Counted from the first letter of the stretch, positions 42,176 to 51,838 are shown. The stretch is 64,000 nucleotides of DNA from Escherichia coli (GCA_902500125.1 GCA_902500125.1_4132.1); one strand, 5' to 3'. Numbers and translations are program-made. The notes: a model not told the origin generated them from the sequence alone.

Positions 42176-42514
42176 ATGGAACAATATTTTGAATTAATAA
42201 ACAAAGTATCATTTTATGTAGTATCTTTGGTTTGGGTGTATTATATGTTTTGCTATATTATTGCATTCTTCCGATATACTACTTTATATGAACGTATCTA
42301 CTATGATGCCCCAATTTCATTCTTGATGTTTTGTGCATGTACGTGGGGAATATTAGAAGTACTGATATGTGGGTATAGTACTGATGAATTAAATCTGGTA
42401 TCGGTGTTGACTGGGTTTTCATTTGTTGTTATGATAGCTGCCGTTCCAGTATGGTTGTTCTTTGGACTAGTTCATCGCATTGATATATGGCGTTCTAATA
42501 TCCCTGAAAAGTAA
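42176..42514 (+). CDS. 3-TM small membrane protein, paralog family A
   Basis: track ORF; 3 hydrophobic helices; C-terminal basic tail ..RSNIPEK. Confidence 0.55.
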   Translation: MEQYFELINKVSFYVVSLVWVYYMFCYIIAFFRYTTLYERIYYDAPISFLMFCACTWGILEVLICGYSTDELNLVSVLTGFSFVVMIAAVPVWLFFGLVHRIDIWRSNIPEK

Positions 42515-42517
42515 GGA

Positions 42518-42865
42518 TTGGAAATGATTTATTACACTAACATGTTTGCCTATGCTGTTGCTTGCATTTACATTGTTTACTTCTTATTCGGTGGAGTACT
42601 GTGCTTCTTTAAGTACAAAACGTTGTTCAACCGAATGTACCCAAATCATCCAATTGTAGTTGTACTTTTGATTCTTTCAGTTTCTCAAATAATCGTTGAA
42701 ACTACAATGGGTATCAGTAGTGTACATTATAGTTTTGGCACTATAGTAATTATTACTATGCTTATTGCATACATTTTAGTACTTGGATATGGTATCTTTG
42801 GTAATATTGGTATGAAAATGTATCATCGAATTAAAACATTACGTGATAATCTACCGGAGCGTTGA
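42518..42865 (+). CDS. 3-TM small membrane protein, paralog family A
   Basis: track ORF; C-terminal ..LRDNLPER. Confidence 0.55.
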   Translation: MEMIYYTNMFAYAVACIYIVYFLFGGVLCFFKYKTLFNRMYPNHPIVVVLLILSVSQIIVETTMGISSVHYSFGTIVIITMLIAYILVLGYGIFGNIGMKMYHRIKTLRDNLPER

Positions 42866-42866
42866 T

Positions 42867-43211
42867 ATGTATAATTTGAACCTAATCTCATATATTATAA
42901 CAACACTGTTTACATTCTATGCCTTTGTTGGTATAATCCTACTGTACTTTAAATTTTATAAAGTGTTTAACCGTTTCTATCCTTCAATGGAGAATGAGTT
43001 TTTCTTTGTGTTGTACGTAGGTTACACATTAATGGCTACATGTTTCACTGTAGCCGATGGTGTCATCGGCATTAAAACTGATTCCCCAAATGGTAGTACG
43101 CTGGTTGCATTTATTCTTACTGGATTCCTTGCAACTTATATTGCCTTCATTACAACATGGTCAGTGGTTGAATTTCTCTTGCGACTACGAAAGAATATGC
43201 CGAATCGATAG
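42867..43211 (+). CDS. 3-TM small membrane protein, paralog family A
   Basis: track ORF 42843..43211 trimmed to ATG (MYNLNL); C-terminal ..LRKNMPNR. Confidence 0.55.
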   Translation: MYNLNLISYIITTLFTFYAFVGIILLYFKFYKVFNRFYPSMENEFFFVLYVGYTLMATCFTVADGVIGIKTDSPNGSTLVAFILTGFLATYIAFITTWSVVEFLLRLRKNMPNR

Positions 43212-43220
43212 GAGACATAT

Positions 43221-43475
43221 ATGTTTGCGTTGCGTAATAAAAACACTAAAGAATTATTATGTATTGATACCGTATGGGATTGTGCGGGATCAACTACAGT
43301 TCTTGAAGAAGGAACTGGATATTGCGTGTTTGTTGTTCATGATAGGAATGAACTCGAATTATTACTTGCTGAGTTCAATGCTGGTGGTAATCCTAACAGT
43401 ACTGAATACCCTGAGATTATCAATCCAGCACCACCAGGCTCTTATGAAATTCTACAACTGTGGGAGTTGAAGTAA
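43221..43475 (+). CDS. hypothetical small protein
   Basis: track ORF; RBS AGGAGA. Confidence 0.55.
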   Translation: MFALRNKNTKELLCIDTVWDCAGSTTVLEEGTGYCVFVVHDRNELELLLAEFNAGGNPNSTEYPEIINPAPPGSYEILQLWELK

Positions 43476-43855
43476 TGCGTCAAATGCACAAAGTAACCGA
43501 GCTAAACAAGCGTCTGGTTAAACAATCAATGTTCGAGGATAAAGAGTCTTATTATAACTTTAAACGTGCTGTAGAGGCTGCTATCCACATTCAGAAGCTT
43601 AAAGAACGTGGTTGTATTATTCTGGAAAATGGGTCGGAAGTTGTAACGGATGACTTTAGTGTAGCGTTTGATGTTTCACCTGACGGGACGCTATCAATGC
43701 CCCGCTTAGGAACTGGAAACATGACTGTTTGGGTTGGCTTCACTATGGGGAATGTACCTGGTACTGTGTACGTAGATGATGCGGAATTGAAAGACAGTTT
43801 CAAAAACTTATCTTATCTTGAACCACAATACGCACATGAAATGAATTTATTTTGA
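43475..43855 (+). CDS. hypothetical protein
   Basis: track ORF 43460..43855 trimmed to ATG (MRQMHK). Confidence 0.5.
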   Translation: MRQMHKVTELNKRLVKQSMFEDKESYYNFKRAVEAAIHIQKLKERGCIILENGSEVVTDDFSVAFDVSPDGTLSMPRLGTGNMTVWVGFTMGNVPGTVYVDDAELKDSFKNLSYLEPQYAHEMNLF

Positions 43856-43857
43856 GT

Positions 43858-43885
43858 TGACAAACACATTCAGTACTGTATAATG
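43858..43885 (+). promoter_or_regulatory. sigma70-type promoter TTGACAAACACATTCAGTACTGTATAATG
   Basis: consensus hexamers, TG-extended -10, CAGTACTG in spacer. Confidence 0.6.
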
Positions 43886-43931
43886 CTTATCAAGGGGATG
43901 AACTTCTCATCCCTACAATCGAGGAACTACC

Positions 43932-44486
43932 ATGATTACTTTTAAGAAAACTGCTAACCACATCCATGAAATCTACATTAACGGTCACAAAGCTGGCCTT
44001 CTTCGTTTACTCGCCCATCATCCTGATGTTACCGTATCTGATAATGAACCTAAAGATTGGCGTGTATTTTTCTTTGGAAAGTACAGTGATTTTCAAGTAT
44101 CAAACCTGAAGAACATTCGTTCAGTATGCACGTTAACTGAAATTAAAGAAAAGTTAGAAAAAGCATTGAAAACTAATCCAGATGGTGTTCTTCCACCTGA
44201 TAACTTTGTAGAGAAAGGTTATGCATTAGCTCATTTCAAAGATGGTACTATTCAATCTATCAGTACTGAATATGAATATCAATGGACTGAGTACTTCACT
44301 TATGGATCGCGTAATACATTGATGGCTTCACGTAGTAAATTGGAAGAAGTACTGACTCGTATGAATGAACGCGAACGTCAATTTTATGACAAACCAGAAA
44401 TGTGGAGTTCAACTTACATTGACCGTATTGACTATGTTATTATGACTCCAATCTTTGACACTGCTTACTATGATTCTTTGAAATAA
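43932..44486 (+). CDS. hypothetical protein
   Basis: track ORF; RBS GAGGAA. Confidence 0.55.
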   Translation: MITFKKTANHIHEIYINGHKAGLLRLLAHHPDVTVSDNEPKDWRVFFFGKYSDFQVSNLKNIRSVCTLTEIKEKLEKALKTNPDGVLPPDNFVEKGYALAHFKDGTIQSISTEYEYQWTEYFTYGSRNTLMASRSKLEEVLTRMNERERQFYDKPEMWSSTYIDRIDYVIMTPIFDTAYYDSLK

Positions 44487-44702
44487 GGATAACTTATATG
44501 AAACTACGTACTCGTAATCGACTGATGGATGCACTGTACCATGAACAGCTTTCACTGAATGAAGTGAAGCGACAGTTAATGTACACATATCTGTTACCCG
44601 ATCGCATTGCAAAACAACGTGCTAAAGAATTGCTGAAAGAAGCAATCGAGTACTGGGAATCTGATTCGTACTAATTGTCACGTTAATTAAGTGAGGCGAT
44701 AA

Positions 44703-44954
44703 ATGAAAATTTTATTAGTTCTAATACTACTAATTGTTTTACCATTTACGTTAGTATCCCCTGAACTTGCATGGAATGTGTTTGTGTACTTAGTATGTAC
44801 TATTGTAGTAAATGGTATCTTGTTCTTAGTTCTATTCATAAATGGAATAGGACACGGTGGAGGATGGACCAGTACTGCTGATATTGTACATAAAACCACT
44901 ATGTCTTTATTTGTAATGTGGAATTTATTCTGGACTTGGTTTGTGTTCTTCTAA
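44703..44954 (+). CDS. small membrane protein
   Basis: track ORF; hydrophobic throughout. Confidence 0.5.
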   Translation: MKILLVLILLIVLPFTLVSPELAWNVFVYLVCTIVVNGILFLVLFINGIGHGGGWTSTADIVHKTTMSLFVMWNLFWTWFVFF

Positions 44955-44962
44955 TTAAAAAT

Positions 44963-45334
44963 ATGAATATAGATTTGAAAGGTGCAACCCGAACTGTCAT
45001 ACTCATTGGGGAATATGCTATCAAGATTCCAACCTTTAAAAGTTGGAAGCTATTCTTAACAGGGATGATAGCTAACCTCAATGAACGTTCGTGGATGCAG
45101 TACTCCAATCGTAGTGATAGTAGTATCTGTCCTACGTTGTGGTCATCATGTACTGGACTAGTAACTGTACAGAAACGTTGTAAGCCAGTGCAACATAGGG
45201 GTTTATTTTGGGTGGAGTTGTGTGCTTTAGCATTGAATTCAGAGTTAAGTACTGACTTCTTCTATTCAGATGCGAAGCCAGAAAACTTTGGGTATCTGTG
45301 TGGTAAGTTGGTTAAACTTGATTATGGAGATTAA
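44963..45334 (+). CDS. mini protein-kinase-like protein (atypical)
   Basis: track ORF 44918..45334 trimmed to ATG (MNIDLKG); GATRTVILIGEYAIKIP, SDAKPENFGY and KLDYGD resemble kinase G-loop/VAIK, catalytic loop and DFG. Confidence 0.4.
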   Translation: MNIDLKGATRTVILIGEYAIKIPTFKSWKLFLTGMIANLNERSWMQYSNRSDSSICPTLWSSCTGLVTVQKRCKPVQHRGLFWVELCALALNSELSTDFFYSDAKPENFGYLCGKLVKLDYGD

Positions 45335-45335
45335 T

Positions 45336-45605
45336 ATGTACGCATTGTATAATAAAGAAAAGAAACGATTTGCTAAGGTTGAAATTTCGATTGATACATT
45401 TGACATGTTGGAGTACTGTATTGTAACGGACTTATATGCTAACTTGTATTACGTTCTTGATGACGTATCAGTACTGCAACGATTGCTTGAGAATTCCAAA
45501 AGTCAATGCCAGGACATCCATGATGGTTCATCTTATGAAACACCTGAGTGTCCCCACGGGCAACTCGATGGGTATGAGATTGTTAAGTTGGGAATTGTTG
45601 AGTAA
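45336..45605 (+). CDS. hypothetical protein
   Basis: track ORF 45270..45605 trimmed to ATG after GGAGA RBS. Confidence 0.5.
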   Translation: MYALYNKEKKRFAKVEISIDTFDMLEYCIVTDLYANLYYVLDDVSVLQRLLENSKSQCQDIHDGSSYETPECPHGQLDGYEIVKLGIVE

Positions 45606-45670
45606 AAGGTATTGACACCGTACTCATTTAACTGTATTATGTATGTACACCAACTAATGAGGAATCGGAA

Positions 45671-46030
45671 ATGGCATCTTTATCTGAAATCACTGAACTG
45701 AATCCACTGGTAATTAGTACTGTTCAACGCACCAAGACGTTTTACTTCCGTCCTGCTGATGGATGGAAACGTGGAATGAATGGTGACTATCGAGTACTGG
45801 AAGATTCGCTCATCGAGCGTATCAACTCTGAACTACAGAAGTATGAAGGTGTTAAAGTTGTCCGTTCAACTTCTCGTTATTTTGAGTACTACATTGAGTC
45901 TTCAACTGTAAATGAAAACTCATCATTCTCGGTGGATAACACTGATATTCTTCGCAATGCAGTTGGTTTGCTATGCAACATTGCAGAAGAAATGGGATTA
46001 ACTATCACCACAATGAGTGAGTTAGAATAG
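45671..46030 (+). CDS. hypothetical protein
   Basis: track ORF; RBS GAGGAA. Confidence 0.55.
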   Translation: MASLSEITELNPLVISTVQRTKTFYFRPADGWKRGMNGDYRVLEDSLIERINSELQKYEGVKVVRSTSRYFEYYIESSTVNENSSFSVDNTDILRNAVGLLCNIAEEMGLTITTMSELE

Positions 46031-46041
46031 AATAAAAAAAG

Positions 46042-46072
46042 GGTTGACTTAGGTCGGCCCTTTTGCTATTAT
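46042..46072 (+). terminator. terminator/promoter module (GGTTGACTTAGGTCGGCC variant)
   Basis: hairpin plus T-rich tail; TATTAT 17 bp after TTGACT. Confidence 0.5.
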
Positions 46073-46100
46073 ATCTATATCGAAACGAAGGAGACAAACC

Positions 46101-46874
46101 ATGACCCGTCAAGAGAAAGCAATCCAAATCGAAAAAAACTTCAATAGCATGATGGCTGCACTGGAATGCCTTCTTGATACACAAGCTAACTCTATCAACT
46201 CTCTGATCGTATCAGGTAAAGGTGGTGTTGGTAAAACTTATAACGTTGACCAACGGTTGCAGAAAGCTGATGATAACTTTGAAATCGACTACAAGAAAAT
46301 CAGTGGTAAAGTAACTACTTTGGGTCTGTACGAAGCACTGTATCGTTCACGTCATGCCGCATCAGTACTGTTACTTGATGACGTTGATATCTTCTCTGAC
46401 GAGACTAATATTGATTTGCTTAAAGCTGTGTTGGATACGTCAGAGAAGCGTGTAGTTTCTTACGCGACTTCTGCTAAGTACCTGGAACAGCAGGGTATCC
46501 CTAAGCAGTTTGAATTCCGTGGTAAAGTAATCTTTCTGACTAACAAAAACCTGTCACAGATTGCTAAAGGTAAAAGCAGCTTAGCACCACACATCGATGC
46601 ACTGATCACTCGTAGTATCTTTGTTGACCTGCAACTGTTCACCAACGAAGAAGTGATGATTCACATTGAGAACATCATGAACAAAACTAACATCCTTGAA
46701 AACAATGGTGTTAACAAAAATGGTTGTAAAGCAATCCTGAATTGGATGCTGAACAACGAAGAACGTTTGCGTAGTCCATCACTGCGTATGCCAGTACTGA
46801 TCGCTGGTTTGTATAATAAATTCCCATACGATTGGGAATCAATGGCAGAGAATATGTTCCTTGAGAAAATTTAA
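46101..46874 (+). CDS. P-loop NTPase
   Basis: track ORF; Walker A SGKGGVGKT and Walker-B-like VLLLDDVD; RBS AAGGAGA. Confidence 0.6.
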   Translation: MTRQEKAIQIEKNFNSMMAALECLLDTQANSINSLIVSGKGGVGKTYNVDQRLQKADDNFEIDYKKISGKVTTLGLYEALYRSRHAASVLLLDDVDIFSDETNIDLLKAVLDTSEKRVVSYATSAKYLEQQGIPKQFEFRGKVIFLTNKNLSQIAKGKSSLAPHIDALITRSIFVDLQLFTNEEVMIHIENIMNKTNILENNGVNKNGCKAILNWMLNNEERLRSPSLRMPVLIAGLYNKFPYDWESMAENMFLEKI

Positions 46875-46941
46875 TTACATGTATTGACAGTACTACACTA
46901 TGGTAGTACTATAACTTAATATTCACCACCGGAGATACGAT

Positions 46942-47280
46942 ATGCTTGAGTTTTTTAATTCAGATACAATGATTAGTATTACTTTGATTTATCTGTTTGG
47001 TTTTTTCTTTTATCATGCACTGGTTGTAGTACTGTGGTATTTTAAAAAGAAAATTGTTTTTAAACTGTATCCAGTAAGGAATTCATCACTAGTTCTTTAC
47101 ACACTAGTTCAAGGTTTGTTTGCAATTGTTGGTCTTATGGCACACTTAATTTATTGTGCCAATCCTCACTTGAACTCAATCTCACAATATATTGTATTCT
47201 TTGGGTTGTTCATTTGGTTAGTTGTATACTTAATCCATCTCATTATTCATGGTAGAGATAAAATTCGCGGAGACTTCTAA
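46942..47280 (+). CDS. 3-TM small membrane protein, paralog family B
   Basis: track ORF; first of 7 tandem overlapping paralogs with hydrophobic core and basic C-tail. Confidence 0.55.
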   Translation: MLEFFNSDTMISITLIYLFGFFFYHALVVVLWYFKKKIVFKLYPVRNSSLVLYTLVQGLFAIVGLMAHLIYCANPHLNSISQYIVFFGLFIWLVVYLIHLIIHGRDKIRGDF

Positions 47281-47627
47281 TGTTTGAAGCTTATCTTGAG
47301 TTTTTAAGGAGTAGTTCAGTTGCACATTCACTTGCAGGGATTATTCTAACAACTTATGTATCATTTTGGGTAGTTATGTTTCTAGGATGGTATTTTAAAC
47401 GACAATTCTATAAACGTAATGGTGAAGATTTTATGAATTCTGCCATTAATCAATCGTTGTTTGCATCAACATTGATTGCATGTATTGTAGCAACACTCAC
47501 AGGAAAGGTACTACCAGCTTTTTCCGCAGTTTACGGCACACTTGGGATGATATGTTTAACTTTTATATTGACCATTAAAATTTGTTGTGTTATGATTGAA
47601 CTTCGAAATAAGATACCGGAGGAATGA
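47280..47627 (+). CDS. 3-TM small membrane protein, paralog family B
   Basis: track ORF; C-terminal ..LRNKIPEE resembles family A tails. Confidence 0.55.
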   Translation: MFEAYLEFLRSSSVAHSLAGIILTTYVSFWVVMFLGWYFKRQFYKRNGEDFMNSAINQSLFASTLIACIVATLTGKVLPAFSAVYGTLGMICLTFILTIKICCVMIELRNKIPEE

Positions 47628-47962
47628 TGGAGTACTTTATTGATTTACTGCCGTGGTATATGAAAGTTAGTACCATGTACTATATTATTAGTGCTGGATT
47701 CTACTTTCTGATGTGGTTCTTTAAACGACCAATTTCAGTATTCATCGCTGATAACATGCTGCAATTAAAATTACACGCATGGTTTGGTATGGCGATGATT
47801 ATGCCTATTATTCACTACTCAATGATTAGTAGAGGTTTCCGTTCTAATGGTGAACCAATTGTATTAGTATTCTATTGGGGTTCAACTATTGCATATGTAA
47901 GTTTGTTGTTGTTCCCAGTCGTTCATAAGTTACGTGCTAAAGTTCCTGATGCGAGGTACTAA
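47624..47962 (+). CDS. 3-TM small membrane protein, paralog family B
   Basis: track ORF; C-terminal ..LRAKVPDARY. Confidence 0.55.
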   Translation: MMEYFIDLLPWYMKVSTMYYIISAGFYFLMWFFKRPISVFIADNMLQLKLHAWFGMAMIMPIIHYSMISRGFRSNGEPIVLVFYWGSTIAYVSLLLFPVVHKLRAKVPDARY

Positions 47963-48276
47963 TGGATATAGTAACATTGATTTACACGTTGTATTCATTC
48001 TATTTCATTATGTGTTGGGTTGGATTTTTATTTGTACTCAAGATGTTTGATTATGTTGAAAAACAGATAAAAGAATTTTGTATTCCTTTTATCGGTTCAA
48101 CCATTATTAGTGTTTCTTGTGTGTATTTTTTGGTTTTTGATCCACCAGATAACACTGCAATGATTGACTTGATGTTACTACCAACAACTGTTACTTTTTT
48201 ATGTAGTCTGATGCCGCCGATTAGCCGTGGACTAACAGAATTTAGACGCAATCAAAAGCGTAAACGAGGGATGTAA
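47962..48276 (+). CDS. 3-TM small membrane protein, paralog family B
   Basis: track ORF; C-terminal ..RRNQKRKRGM. Confidence 0.55.
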   Translation: MDIVTLIYTLYSFYFIMCWVGFLFVLKMFDYVEKQIKEFCIPFIGSTIISVSCVYFLVFDPPDNTAMIDLMLLPTTVTFLCSLMPPISRGLTEFRRNQKRKRGM

Positions 48277-48644
48277 TGGAAATTGCTCTTATTATCTTAA
48301 CTGCTATGCTGTTTATTAGTACTGTGGTTATAATTGGTAAATTCTTTTGTGTATCATTTTTAGAAACGGTATACGATGAAATTGCTGATGATTATGAATT
48401 ACAAGCCGGATTTTTCATTACGTATTGGCTTAGTTTATTTTGTCTAGTCATTGCTTGGATTTTACATATCTTTAAATGGGGTATGGTAGACGGTGATCCT
48501 ATTATGGCAATTATTGTTCTAGTGTTTGGTATCCTTGGTGGTGCAGTGCATAATCTAATGGTTATCTGGCAAACTGTTCAATATGTTTTGGTTCCCTATT
48601 TCGAAAAGATGCACAGTACAATTAAAAAACGTAAACGAGGTTAG
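48276..48644 (+). CDS. 3-TM small membrane protein, paralog family B
   Basis: track ORF; C-terminal ..IKKRKRG. Confidence 0.55.
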   Translation: MEIALIILTAMLFISTVVIIGKFFCVSFLETVYDEIADDYELQAGFFITYWLSLFCLVIAWILHIFKWGMVDGDPIMAIIVLVFGILGGAVHNLMVIWQTVQYVLVPYFEKMHSTIKKRKRG

Positions 48645-48645
48645 T

Positions 48646-49008
48646 ATGAACGGGATAGAATTATCTTTCGTTGGTCAATTACTAGTAATGGCGTATACAT
48701 TTATCTTCTCACTGAATGCATTCGTGTGCATTGGGAAGTACTTCCATAAGCGACCATTATCAAATATATATGATGTAATCCAAAAGAGATATAGTCCAGC
48801 ATATACTGTGTTGGGTACAGTATTCAATTTTGGTTTTATTGTATTAATAATTGGACTGTTCACATCCTCTTTGAATACAATAACCTTCGGTCTTATGATA
48901 TGTTCATTGGTATTAGCCGTAATTATATGTTGTTTAGTACTGCACCTTGTGGTACTATTGTATATAAAGATCTCTGAAATCCACCAACGTTTGGGTATGA
49001 GGAAATAA
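48646..49008 (+). CDS. 3-TM small membrane protein, paralog family B
   Basis: track ORF 48583..49008 trimmed to ATG (MNGIELSF). Confidence 0.5.
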   Translation: MNGIELSFVGQLLVMAYTFIFSLNAFVCIGKYFHKRPLSNIYDVIQKRYSPAYTVLGTVFNFGFIVLIIGLFTSSLNTITFGLMICSLVLAVIICCLVLHLVVLLYIKISEIHQRLGMRK

Positions 49009-49009
49009 T

Positions 49010-49381
49010 ATGAGTTACCGTGAGATATTTTCCATTATTTCAATTATTATGTTCAGTACTGGAACACTGGTATGGTTATTATACTTCTTCTGTATTAATC
49101 CAGTGTATAATATGTTATGTAATATTAAATCAAGTGCCGGATATATCACTTTTATGGTCTTTATGGGATATTATTGTCTAAGCATTTTAGGTGTTGTTTT
49201 GGTTGTTATATTTGATGTGGGACCAAATAGTGATGGTATGGAAATACATGAATTAATAACCATGTTTGGATGTATGATACCAACAGCACTACTGTTTGTA
49301 GCTACTGGTAGTGGATTGATAAAATTATATAATTATTTAAAATCCATTCATAATTCCATTCATAATAAGCGTATGTCATAA
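49010..49381 (+). CDS. 3-TM small membrane protein, paralog family B
   Basis: track ORF; C-terminal ..HNKRMS. Confidence 0.55.
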   Translation: MSYREIFSIISIIMFSTGTLVWLLYFFCINPVYNMLCNIKSSAGYITFMVFMGYYCLSILGVVLVVIFDVGPNSDGMEIHELITMFGCMIPTALLFVATGSGLIKLYNYLKSIHNSIHNKRMS

Positions 49382-49423
49382 TAAAAAATCCAGTACTATT
49401 AAGTACTGGATGTATAAGGAGTT

Positions 49424-50086
49424 ATGATGAAATCAAAATTAGGTTTGTTTTATAAAAACTATTTTGTTAAACAACGTAAATTTATAAAAAAATATTTCTC
49501 TGGCGAGAAGTCTAGTCCTATAATCTTTAAAAGACCAAGTTATAATACTTACTTAGCTGGTGCTAAACAGTCTAAGAAATTTATTACTCTTTTACATAAA
49601 AACAAAATTAAAGCTTCTTATGTTGAAACGAGAAGAAACTCATCAATAACTCCTGGTGATTTTATTGAGTACGGATGTTTCAATATTAAGTACAATGATA
49701 ATACATACTTTATGGATATTGATTGTAATACATCCAATCTTTTTAACATTGTAGTAAATCCATTAAAACAATATAATGTTTATGGTGATTCTATTATCAA
49801 ATTAATCAAAAACAAAGATAGCTTTGATTTTGAAATAAATGTTTTAGATGATAATTTTGACGAAGTACCAGTAAACCCTGAAATCTGTGATATTTTAAAC
49901 AGTTTAAAAGGTAGTACCTACACTATATCATCTGATTTAATGTTTCAGTACTCATTAATCCATAAAGATATTGAAAAGTATATTGAATGCTCCAAAATTT
50001 TGAATTATCTTTACGATGAATTTAAAAAGAGTTCTAAAATAACCGCATACACTTTGTACAATATTCCTAAAATGGTGAATCTTTGA
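49424..50086 (+). CDS. hypothetical protein, EExFQxSTV-motif family (divergent)
   Basis: track ORF; SSDLMFQYSLIHKD motif. Confidence 0.55.
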   Translation: MMKSKLGLFYKNYFVKQRKFIKKYFSGEKSSPIIFKRPSYNTYLAGAKQSKKFITLLHKNKIKASYVETRRNSSITPGDFIEYGCFNIKYNDNTYFMDIDCNTSNLFNIVVNPLKQYNVYGDSIIKLIKNKDSFDFEINVLDDNFDEVPVNPEICDILNSLKGSTYTISSDLMFQYSLIHKDIEKYIECSKILNYLYDEFKKSSKITAYTLYNIPKMVNL

Positions 50087-50490
50087 CAAATACAGTACTG
50101 GCAACTCCACCGTCTGTAACATATTGTCCAGTACTGTAAATTTGTATACCATCGGTTAAGTAAGTTCTGTATAAAGTTGCTGTAACATATACGTTATTCA
50201 TATTCATCTCTATTGGTAGTACACATTTGGTATAGGCTGAGACATCTGTTTGTGTACCTATACCTAATTGACCTGCGTTATCGCCTGTGTTATAACCAGT
50301 TGCGTAAACACCTAATGAAGTTATAATATGATTAGAAAAATATGAATAACCCAAACTCTTGAGATTCTCTACTGTACAACGTACCATCTGACATAAGGGC
50401 AAAAACTGTTGTATCAGATGAAGCTATTTTTGTTACAGAAGGTTGTATGTTCTGTTTTGATGATGTGATAATTCTTCGAAAGGGTAGCAT
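50067..50490 (-). pseudogene. degenerate remnant of MLPF/RCC1-like paralog
   Basis: ATG at ~50490 encodes MLPFRRI..FALMSDGTLY then stop after ~52 codons; C-terminal ORF 50067..50402 (other frame, TTG start) matches C-terminus of 58650..59816; own cassette upstream. Confidence 0.5.
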
Positions 50491-50561
50491 TGTATCCTCC
50501 AAATGTAAATCGTTATTATATTTAGGACAAAAAAATGCCAGTACAAAATACTGGCTTTATT
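50491..50561 (-). promoter_or_regulatory. terminator/-10-only promoter/RBS cassette (variant)
   Basis: hairpin GCCAGTATTTTGTACTGGC, T-run, TAAATATAAT box and GGAGG before ATG. Confidence 0.45.
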
Positions 50562-51767
50562 TTATATACCACGACTGGGTATTTTATATAATTGAAATTT
50601 AGTGTAATAATCAGAAACTGTTGTACCTGTCGCTTGTGGGATATAGCCACTCAAATACACATCCCCTTGATTATCCATATACACATTTGTACATTCACTT
50701 GGACAGAATAACTCGATGCTGCCAACTTTAGGTGCATCAACTGGAACTACAAATGTAGTACTTGATGTTGTATTACCGCGACCGAGCCTACCATATGTGT
50801 TTATACCACACATATAAAGTGAATTGTTAGTTTTAACCGTAAGACCACCATATGTTAATGAATTTGATTTCATTATCATATCATCTGATATTGGTAGAGT
50901 GGAGATTGTAGATAATACTGTCCCTGATGAAGCGGCTGAACCATTACCCAAGTTACCTTCCGATTGAATCCCACTTGCACGAACTGTATATGTATTATTC
51001 GTGTTGTGTTTAGATACAACCCATGATGCACTCCCACCAAGTTCATAATGTATAACAGTATTGTTGGCTAATGCACCCATTTGTGTCCATACTCTAATGT
51101 TAGTTTCACCATTACTTATACCAAGTGAACCCCATGTGTTTTGACCAGTTACCCAAAGTGTTTTATCAATTTTCTGCACAATCACTGCACTTGAACCTGT
51201 TTTTACACTATCCACATTCGTATTAATTGAAGTAAATGTTGATAATCTTGTGGTTGTGTTATTACCAAAATATCCCTGTGTATTTGCCCCCATTCCATAT
51301 AGCGTACCATTTTGAAGTAAAACAAAAATACCCTCCCCTACAATTTGAATGTCCTTAATTTGCGACAATTGTGTTGCATTGAATACTGATGTAAAATATG
51401 AAGTACAATCAGTATAAGTACTGACAGTACTTAATCCTGCACCAATAGCTCTACCTACGCCACTGTAATAAAATTTATTATCTTCGGTTTGGATTAAATT
51501 AAAAGAACCTTGGGCTGTTCTAAAACGTTTTACATTTTGGTATATTAAAGTCCACTCTTTTACTTTCGCATTAGGTACACCATTTCCGAATCCATAGTTT
51601 TGTGAACTAGTTCCACCTATACCCATTAAGTCTCCATTTTTATATAATAGTAAGAGTGCTGTTGCTGGAATAACTGACGCACTATAACCATTGTAAATAA
51701 AGATTTCTTTCACTTCAGGAACTTTCATTTTATTTGCGTATTTTATCATCCTTGGAAAAGGTAACAT
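50562..51767 (-). CDS. RCC1-like beta-propeller repeat protein with MLPF N-terminal peptide
   Basis: track ORF; N-terminus MLPFPRMIKYANK; recurring G.N..G.LG blade-like motifs every ~50 aa (motif recall). Confidence 0.7.
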   Translation of the reverse strand: MLPFPRMIKYANKMKVPEVKEIFIYNGYSASVIPATALLLLYKNGDLMGIGGTSSQNYGFGNGVPNAKVKEWTLIYQNVKRFRTAQGSFNLIQTEDNKFYYSGVGRAIGAGLSTVSTYTDCTSYFTSVFNATQLSQIKDIQIVGEGIFVLLQNGTLYGMGANTQGYFGNNTTTRLSTFTSINTNVDSVKTGSSAVIVQKIDKTLWVTGQNTWGSLGISNGETNIRVWTQMGALANNTVIHYELGGSASWVVSKHNTNNTYTVRASGIQSEGNLGNGSAASSGTVLSTISTLPISDDMIMKSNSLTYGGLTVKTNNSLYMCGINTYGRLGRGNTTSSTTFVVPVDAPKVGSIELFCPSECTNVYMDNQGDVYLSGYIPQATGTTVSDYYTKFQLYKIPSRGI

Positions 51768-51838
51768 AAAATCCTCCTTTATTCATTATACTATATTTAA
51801 TCAAAAAGAAAAGCCAGTGTTAAGTACTGGCATAAAAT
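51768..51838 (-). promoter_or_regulatory. terminator/-10-only promoter/RBS cassette
   Basis: minus strand reads GCCAGTAC..ACTGGC hairpin, T-run, GATTAAATATAGTATAATGAATAAAGGAGG, ATG. Confidence 0.55.
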
